From: a virus
Taxonomy: Duplodnaviria; Caudoviricetes
Length of the DNA stretch: 64,000 bases
Reading direction: 5' to 3' (one strand)
IMG/VR virus record: IMGVR_UViG_3300002552_000444
Location: 1-64,000 of that record
Positions 58,929 to 64,000 of the stretch are shown here, in pieces (the stretch's first letter is position 1; each line of letters starts with the position of its first letter). The notes beneath the pieces are model-generated. The model was not told where the DNA came from and made no database searches. It saw only the letters and a program-made list of their open reading frames with translations. Position numbers and translations under genes: made by a program.

Positions 58929-59658
58929 TGTGTTGCTGCCTCCTAGATATTGTTGGTTGTGGTGGATCACCTGTTGACTCAAAAAAGTCGCAAACCATTT
59001 CGTCAATTTTATCTCGCTCACGATTAAAAACATCATTTTCCATTCTTAATTTCAAAAGTTTATCGCCCTCTGAAAGATTTCCACTTGCCCTATCAATGAA
59101 AACAGTTTTCAAAACGGTCAAGATTTCTTCTTGTTGACGATTGAACTCGTGTCCTATAGCAAAGCGTTTATCAACATAGATTCTATTTGTCGCTTCATCA
59201 AACGGCAAAAACATTCGCCATCGCCCTTGCTCCAATGGCAAGGCTTGACTTCCCCCGACTACATAACTGCCATCATCAAGAACAACTCGCCTCTCGTGAA
59301 TTTCGGAAGTGTTGTTTTGAAAACGAATCGAGACATTGCAAAGCCACGCTCTCGCAAAACGAATACTGTGTTCGTCAACAAATCGCTCCACGACAAGCCA
59401 ACGCTCGCCGAACGCATCAACATAATCACCCGCAAAAATCTCGTCACCGTCACGCATGGTTATGCGAATTTCTTTCGGCTTGAGCCTCACCACCAATAAC
59501 GGATGCGGCTCATCGTTCAAAAGTGCGTCTTTTAGTAGTGCCGCGCTGTTTCGCTCAATTATGAGCAGTGAGTTTCTTGCAAACTGCTCGACATGATTTT
59601 GTTTTGCTTGAACACTGTCACCTAGCAATTCAATTTGCTTATTCAAAACATTACGCAT
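58909..59658 (-). CDS. putative head-tail adaptor/closure protein
   Basis: GDYV....WLV...CN..I.F motif; synteny. Confidence 0.55.
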   Translation of the reverse strand: MRNVLNKQIELLGDSVQAKQNHVEQFARNSLLIIERNSAALLKDALLNDEPHPLLVVRLKPKEIRITMRDGDEIFAGDYVDAFGERWLVVERFVDEHSIRFARAWLCNVSIRFQNNTSEIHERRVVLDDGSYVVGGSQALPLEQGRWRMFLPFDEATNRIYVDKRFAIGHEFNRQQEEILTVLKTVFIDRASGNLSEGDKLLKLRMENDVFNRERDKIDEMVCDFFESTGDPPQPTISRRQQHNENFSR

Positions 59659-60190
59659 TGAAATTCCTCCGCCTTATGCAAAGTCTATCGAGATTGGAAT
59701 GCCGAAAACTGTATGAAGTAATTAACCCACGAAAATCTCTTCTAATCGCCGCTCTCAACTCTCGAAGTTCTTTCAAAAGATTTGCTGGTGAATATGAGTT
59801 GAAGTCCTTGTTGTGAAGGATATTTTTCATGTGTTCGGACTTCAAGACTTGAGATGAAAGCCAATGAAAAACAATTCCTGTTGCAAGGATCTGAATCTCC
59901 TCTTCGCCGAGTTCAACATCAAAAGCATATTTTTCAATTGGCTCAACCTCTTCGTCCTCTTCGAGATTCTCGTCACAATCATCATCAACAACTGTATCGT
60001 TAAGAGTTTCCACCTCTATGATCCTTCGATAAGTCAATGGAAACCTTGACGAATTTTGAAAGTCAACGATTGCTGAAATCAAGTGTTGAAAAAGAATTTC
60101 ACTTCGTATGCTTTCCGAAAATGAGATATGAGCGAAGTCAGAAAACTTAAAAATCGCCCTCTCAAAAACTTGCTCAAAAATTGTTCCCAT
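59651..60190 (-). CDS. putative head-tail connector
   Basis: T.FE.VFE, EIQILA, KDFNSYSPANLLKEL as in SPbeta-like phages. Confidence 0.6.
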   Translation of the reverse strand: MGTIFEQVFERAIFKFSDFAHISFSESIRSEILFQHLISAIVDFQNSSRFPLTYRRIIEVETLNDTVVDDDCDENLEEDEEVEPIEKYAFDVELGEEEIQILATGIVFHWLSSQVLKSEHMKNILHNKDFNSYSPANLLKELRELRAAIRRDFRGLITSYSFRHSNLDRLCIRRRNFNA

Positions 60191-60204
60191 TGCTCACTCC
60201 TTCG

Positions 60205-60819
60205 CTACTCTTTGCTTGTCAAAGTCACTCCGAGCGCATCTTCAAACGCTTTAATCTTTTTCACGCTATCTAGCGCACCGCTCTCAATAAAGCCGTTCAG
60301 GGCTATTACAAGGCTTTCTCGGACACCTTGATTCATGAGTTTGACGCGTTCAGCGATTTCTTTCTCGCTCCACGAACAAATATTCTTGAACGAGCCAACT
60401 TCCAACATGTTCTCATAAAACCTTGTGATTCCGAGTTGCTTGTAGACATCTCCGAGCTTCGCCTCGCTATCCGATGCCGCATTGACGCCGAGAATAATTA
60501 CCCATTGTTTCTCGAAAAACTTGAGCATTGACGCTTTCATAGCGCGAAGTTCACGCATTGTCAGTTGTTGCGTTTCGCCACATTTTTCCCAACGAATCGT
60601 GCCGTCTTTTCCCGAAAACACAAGCACACCAAAAACATTCGACTTGACATCGACAATAACATCATCACCAATCTTGATATTCTTTGTCGTGTCCTTCAAG
60701 TTGATTTTCGCGGGCGGCGTCTCCTCGACGATTTCGTCTAACTGCTCTTTCGCGCTCTCTTCAATTTTCTTGTCTTCATCTTTTTTTGCTGAAGCATTTT
60801 TTCTTTGACTATTTGCCAT
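60205..60819 (-). CDS. phage protein downstream of capsid
   Basis: AAGGAG RBS; LDSVKKIKAFEDALG motif; synteny. Confidence 0.55.
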   Translation of the reverse strand: MANSQRKNASAKKDEDKKIEESAKEQLDEIVEETPPAKINLKDTTKNIKIGDDVIVDVKSNVFGVLVFSGKDGTIRWEKCGETQQLTMRELRAMKASMLKFFEKQWVIILGVNAASDSEAKLGDVYKQLGITRFYENMLEVGSFKNICSWSEKEIAERVKLMNQGVRESLVIALNGFIESGALDSVKKIKAFEDALGVTLTSKE

Positions 60820-60866
60820 TCTTAAATTCTCCTTCGTGGTCACAACCACAAAACAACAACCTCGCT

Positions 60867-61856
60867 CTATGCGAGGTTGTAAACTCCTAGTGGCGCTGAC
60901 GCAACCACTGCCAATCCCATGAGTTGAGCATACGCATACTCTTGCGTTAGGTCAGCATTATCAAGCGGATTGCCCTCAATAATCAACCCTTCACCCTCGT
61001 TGACGAATTTGATTGGTCTATCGTCCGACGCCAAAATCAAAAGACGGTCATTCGATAAAATGAATGAGCCGTCTTTGTTCGTCGCTTGCTTCATGACAAC
61101 CATGTCCGTTCCGTTGAACTTCCCATAGAAGCCCGCATCATACATGCTAGATTTCGCAACCTCTCCTTCAGCGTCAGTTCGCACTCGGCGCAATGCCAAA
61201 CGAGTTCCAACAATCTTTGCTGTCTTTCCTGTGATCGCCTCAACTCTGTCAATCAATCTCACAAGTTCTTCTTCATCAAAAGTTCCGTTGACAACAAAGT
61301 TTGCATTCATTCCTTGCGTAGCCGCACCAATTGATTCAATCGCTGTGTGAATGTCTTTGAGAGCCTGTCTAGTGAACGCAGTATAGACCGCCTCGACAAG
61401 TTCTTCAAAAGAAATGCGACCCGCCATGAGTCTGTCAAGATCTTCATAGACTTTGACGATTTTTGTTTCAGTTTCTACCCTTAGAGTGTGACGCCCCATC
61501 AAGCGTTGTCTGCGAACAGAGCCAATCCCACGAGCAACGCTGCTCACCAACAAGTCATTGATATTCTTGATGATGAACTCATTAACATCGCCAAGCGCAA
61601 TGTTTCGATATTCAACAAGATTCATCATGAGCGGGTCGCTTCTCAGTCCCGTTTCAATCATGACTGGCAAAATCTCTTGAACCAACTCGAAAAGAGCATT
61701 TCCACGATGAAAATTTTTGCGATTGATTTTGTCACTCCCGCCATTCAGTTCGATGAATGCTTTTCTAAGCGCATCGCTCGTTTGTTGTGAGCTGAACTTT
61801 TCAACTCTTCCCTCAATGGCATCAATCGCCACCTTTAGAATTCCTTTCTTATCCAT
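60867..61856 (-). CDS. major capsid protein (SPbeta-like)
   Basis: FELVQEI, VEYRNIALGD.NEF, RRQRL, VKVYEDL.R.MAGR, DRPIKFV.EG; size and synteny. Confidence 0.8.
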   Translation of the reverse strand: MDKKGILKVAIDAIEGRVEKFSSQQTSDALRKAFIELNGGSDKINRKNFHRGNALFELVQEILPVMIETGLRSDPLMMNLVEYRNIALGDVNEFIIKNINDLLVSSVARGIGSVRRQRLMGRHTLRVETETKIVKVYEDLDRLMAGRISFEELVEAVYTAFTRQALKDIHTAIESIGAATQGMNANFVVNGTFDEEELVRLIDRVEAITGKTAKIVGTRLALRRVRTDAEGEVAKSSMYDAGFYGKFNGTDMVVMKQATNKDGSFILSNDRLLILASDDRPIKFVNEGEGLIIEGNPLDNADLTQEYAYAQLMGLAVVASAPLGVYNLA

Positions 61857-62355
61857 TTACACCTCCAACTTCAATGACAACAAATGTGTTGCCATTTGTT
61901 TCAATTTCAACATCAATGACTCGTCCGATAACCGTTGCAACCTCTGTAGCACTCAGCCTGATTCGAGTTCCGCTTACCAAGCAAGCAAACAGACCTCTCG
62001 CTGGCTCAACGCTATCCTCACTCAAACACTCAGTTGTGATGCTGAAAATGTCATGTGCGTTCAAACGATACCCTCGAATGAGCGTTCCTGCTCTGTTGAA
62101 AAAATCAAAGATGTCATGTTCTGCCACATCTCGAACAACTTCAGGTGTTGCACAAAGCGCCAACCTCCCAATCGCCGTTCCAGTCGTTGGAACACTTGCC
62201 GTTCTCACTTCACGAGTCGAGTCTTCATACTCATCAATCGCCAAAAGATGTCCGTTGTCAATATCCTCATCGTGTCGAATCGAAACCAAGAAACTCCCAA
62301 GTTTCGTTCCCGCCATATTATCGGTGCGCACCACACCATGTCTTTCATTTGCCAT
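61849..62355 (-). CDS. capsid decoration/minor head protein
   Basis: VRTD.M.GT, IDNG, F.N.AG...RGY.L...DIFS; directly upstream of capsid. Confidence 0.6.
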   Translation of the reverse strand: MANERHGVVRTDNMAGTKLGSFLVSIRHDEDIDNGHLLAIDEYEDSTREVRTASVPTTGTAIGRLALCATPEVVRDVAEHDIFDFFNRAGTLIRGYRLNAHDIFSITTECLSEDSVEPARGLFACLVSGTRIRLSATEVATVIGRVIDVEIETNGNTFVVIEVGGVNG

Positions 62356-62428
62356 TTTTTCTCCTTCAATAGAAAAACGCATCTCCAAACTTTAGAAATG
62401 CGTTCAAACTATTATTAAATTTTTTATT

Positions 62429-62758
62429 TTAATTCTTTATCATTTTCAAGTGTCTTGATTGATCCATTGTTCCATGCAAAACCCTAATCACATTAACTTG
62501 TTTTTTATCCTCGTCAACAAAGTAGTGAGCGATATGGCTAATGCAAACCAACTCTCGGTATCCCAGTCTTTTCAACCTTTTTTCGGTGTGAGGCCTTCCA
62601 AGAAACGGCTCCTTTTCCAAAAGAGCAAGTTTTGCAATAACATCGTTGTGGTATTGATTTGCCCTTTCAATACTGCTTTTTGCAACAAATTCAATCGCTC
62701 CAACTAGGTCAAGCGCAGCAGAATCAACAATCACCAATTCATATTTTTCGTTCTTCAT
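62429..62758 (-). CDS. RelE/ParE-family toxin
   Basis: A..DL....F, L...PFLG, GYREL....IAHY.VD.....V.VIRVLHG. Confidence 0.9.
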   Translation of the reverse strand: MKNEKYELVIVDSAALDLVGAIEFVAKSSIERANQYHNDVIAKLALLEKEPFLGRPHTEKRLKRLGYRELVCISHIAHYFVDEDKKQVNVIRVLHGTMDQSRHLKMIKN

Positions 62759-62772
62759 TCGTGTCCACCTCC

Positions 62773-63042
62773 CTACGCTTGGCTCGCAATCGCCTCTTTC
62801 ATCATCGTGCTAACTTGCGACAATGTTTTGACTCTACCATGCTTCAAATCTTCTTCGCCTTCACTCAGTTTTTCATATAACTCCAGACGAGACATTTGCC
62901 TGTCGTATTCTTCCATTGACATAAGAACTGTGTCGCCTGTTCCGTTTTTAGTCAAAAATACAGGCTGGTTTGATTCTTTCACAAGCCTCGATATTTCAAC
63001 ATAATCATTCCTAAGCGCCGATGCTGGTCGTATATTTGGCAT
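62773..63042 (-). CDS. Phd/YefM-family antitoxin
   Basis: MPNIRP.S.LRN.Y.EIS...E...PVFLTKNG.GD.VLMS.EEY. Confidence 0.92.
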   Translation of the reverse strand: MPNIRPASALRNDYVEISRLVKESNQPVFLTKNGTGDTVLMSMEEYDRQMSRLELYEKLSEGEEDLKHGRVKTLSQVSTMMKEAIASQA

Positions 63043-63088
63043 AATTTTACCTCCATTATTTGTGAGCAGTCACAACCACCCTCTCAAT

Positions 63089-63128
63089 ATATTATCCAAA
63101 TTATATCATAATATTGATAATATTTCAA
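63089..63128 (-). promoter_or_regulatory. TA promoter with overlapping operator
   Basis: TTGAAA-17-TATAAT flanked by the ATATTATC...GATAATAT inverted repeat. Confidence 0.65.
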
Positions 63129-63152
63129 GTGTTTTTGCAAAAGTTTTGAAAA

Positions 63153-64000
63153 TTATTTTTGCACCAAATATTTCTCCATGAATTCATCATGGAGTTCGTT
63201 TTTTGTTGTTTCAGTTTTTTTGCCAATGTCAATTGGTATTTTTGTTGCGCTTTTGCTGGTGGAAAAGCATTCATTTTTTTGCTCAATTTTCCTTTCCTTA
63301 TGCTCAGTATACCATGTTGTCAAAATTTCCAATTGTTCTCTTTGATTATCAAGAGCGACCGATTCTGCAACCGTTAGCCATTTGACAACCATGTTTTCAA
63401 ATGACATTATATCAATCGTTGCAACTTCGTTCGCATCAACTTCATATGACATTCTGCCTTTGGTCAAGACTCCACTAGGGTGTTCATCATTGATGAACAG
63501 ACGCTCAACATAGACAAATTTGTCATCAAAATCTGCAAGAGAATATGTCAAATACACTTCGTCAGTGTAGACTCGCATTGCATATAACGCACTTGAAATC
63601 GCTTCTCGTTTTGCATTATAGGTTGTCGCAAATTGATATTCTTTTGCTCCCTCCACACGCATACCCTCGCCATCGCCTTTCTCATCGTTTTCACCGCTTT
63701 CGTGCGTTATAGGTGCATTTAACGGCATATCTAAGCATTTTCTTTTCGTTTCAGTAGATTGATAATCTTTTTCATTATCTTTTTTAGCCACTTCATCATT
63801 TTCCTCCTTGATATTTTTATCGTCAAAACAATGCTTCAATTTCTCTCGCATCGTTTCAAAATTTAGTGCTTGCTCATTGTCAAGTTCAAAGTTATATGGA
63901 ACAACTTTCGCCTCTGGAAAACAAGGCGAATAGTCGAAGTTTTCGTCATCAGATTTTCCCAAAAGACACAGTCCAGAAAAGGAAAACTTATTGATGTGAA
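63153..64000 (-). CDS. prohead protease/scaffold protein, 5'-partial
   Basis: Frame open to the window edge (HINKFSFSGLCLLGKSDD...PCF..A), resembling SPbeta-like head-maturation proteins. Confidence 0.65.
   Translation of the reverse strand, partial: HINKFSFSGLCLLGKSDDENFDYSPCFPEAKVVPYNFELDNEQALNFETMREKLKHCFDDKNIKEENDEVAKKDNEKDYQSTETKRKCLDMPLNAPITHESGENDEKGDGEGMRVEGAKEYQFATTYNAKREAISSALYAMRVYTDEVYLTYSLADFDDKFVYVERLFINDEHPSGVLTKGRMSYEVDANEVATIDIMSFENMVVKWLTVAESVALDNQREQLEILTTWYTEHKERKIEQKNECFSTSKSATKIPIDIGKKTETTKNELHDEFMEKYLVQK

Larger units (their letters stand above)
39806..64000 (-). mobile_element. SPbeta-like siphophage/prophage morphogenesis module (continues beyond window)
   Basis: Co-oriented capsid, tail, tape measure, Dit, Tal and BppU genes; visibly higher GC than flanking cargo. 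Confidence 0.88.

Noticed and set aside
63153-63330. Possible internal deletion in the scaffold C-terminus
   Set aside because: Based only on recollection of homolog length; cannot be supported without an alignment.

Overview
AT-rich Firmicutes-type DNA (probably Clostridia-like) that looks like part of a large temperate siphophage or prophage with extensive cargo. The right ~24 kb (40-64 kb, minus strand) is an SPbeta-like virion module: partial prohead protease/scaffold, decoration protein, capsid, head-tail genes, major tail protein, tape measure, Dit, Tal/spike with a peptidase-S74 chaperone, and BppU-collagen. It is interrupted by a Phd/RelE toxin-antitoxin pair, a TagD-like cytidylyltransferase and an XRE/dinB cassette. 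The left ~12 kb carries phage-type DNA-transaction genes: DUF4417, HNH, Ku plus a minimal ATP ligase, an ABC-ATPase and Mom-like GNAT joined by a -1 slippery site, ASCH, and an AddB/AddA-like pair. In between are a very AT-rich putative defence island and an operon of giant surface proteins with an ECF sigma factor. The strongest candidate for a new system is the operon at 14.6-23.9 kb: a 2380-aa HATPase/PRTase protein, a receiver-domain protein and a trypsin-like protease. The receiver protein's C-terminus and the protease's N-terminus share a ~28-aa amyloid/RHIM-like motif, which suggests amyloid-templated protease activation. All assignments come from reading motifs by eye; no database searches were run.
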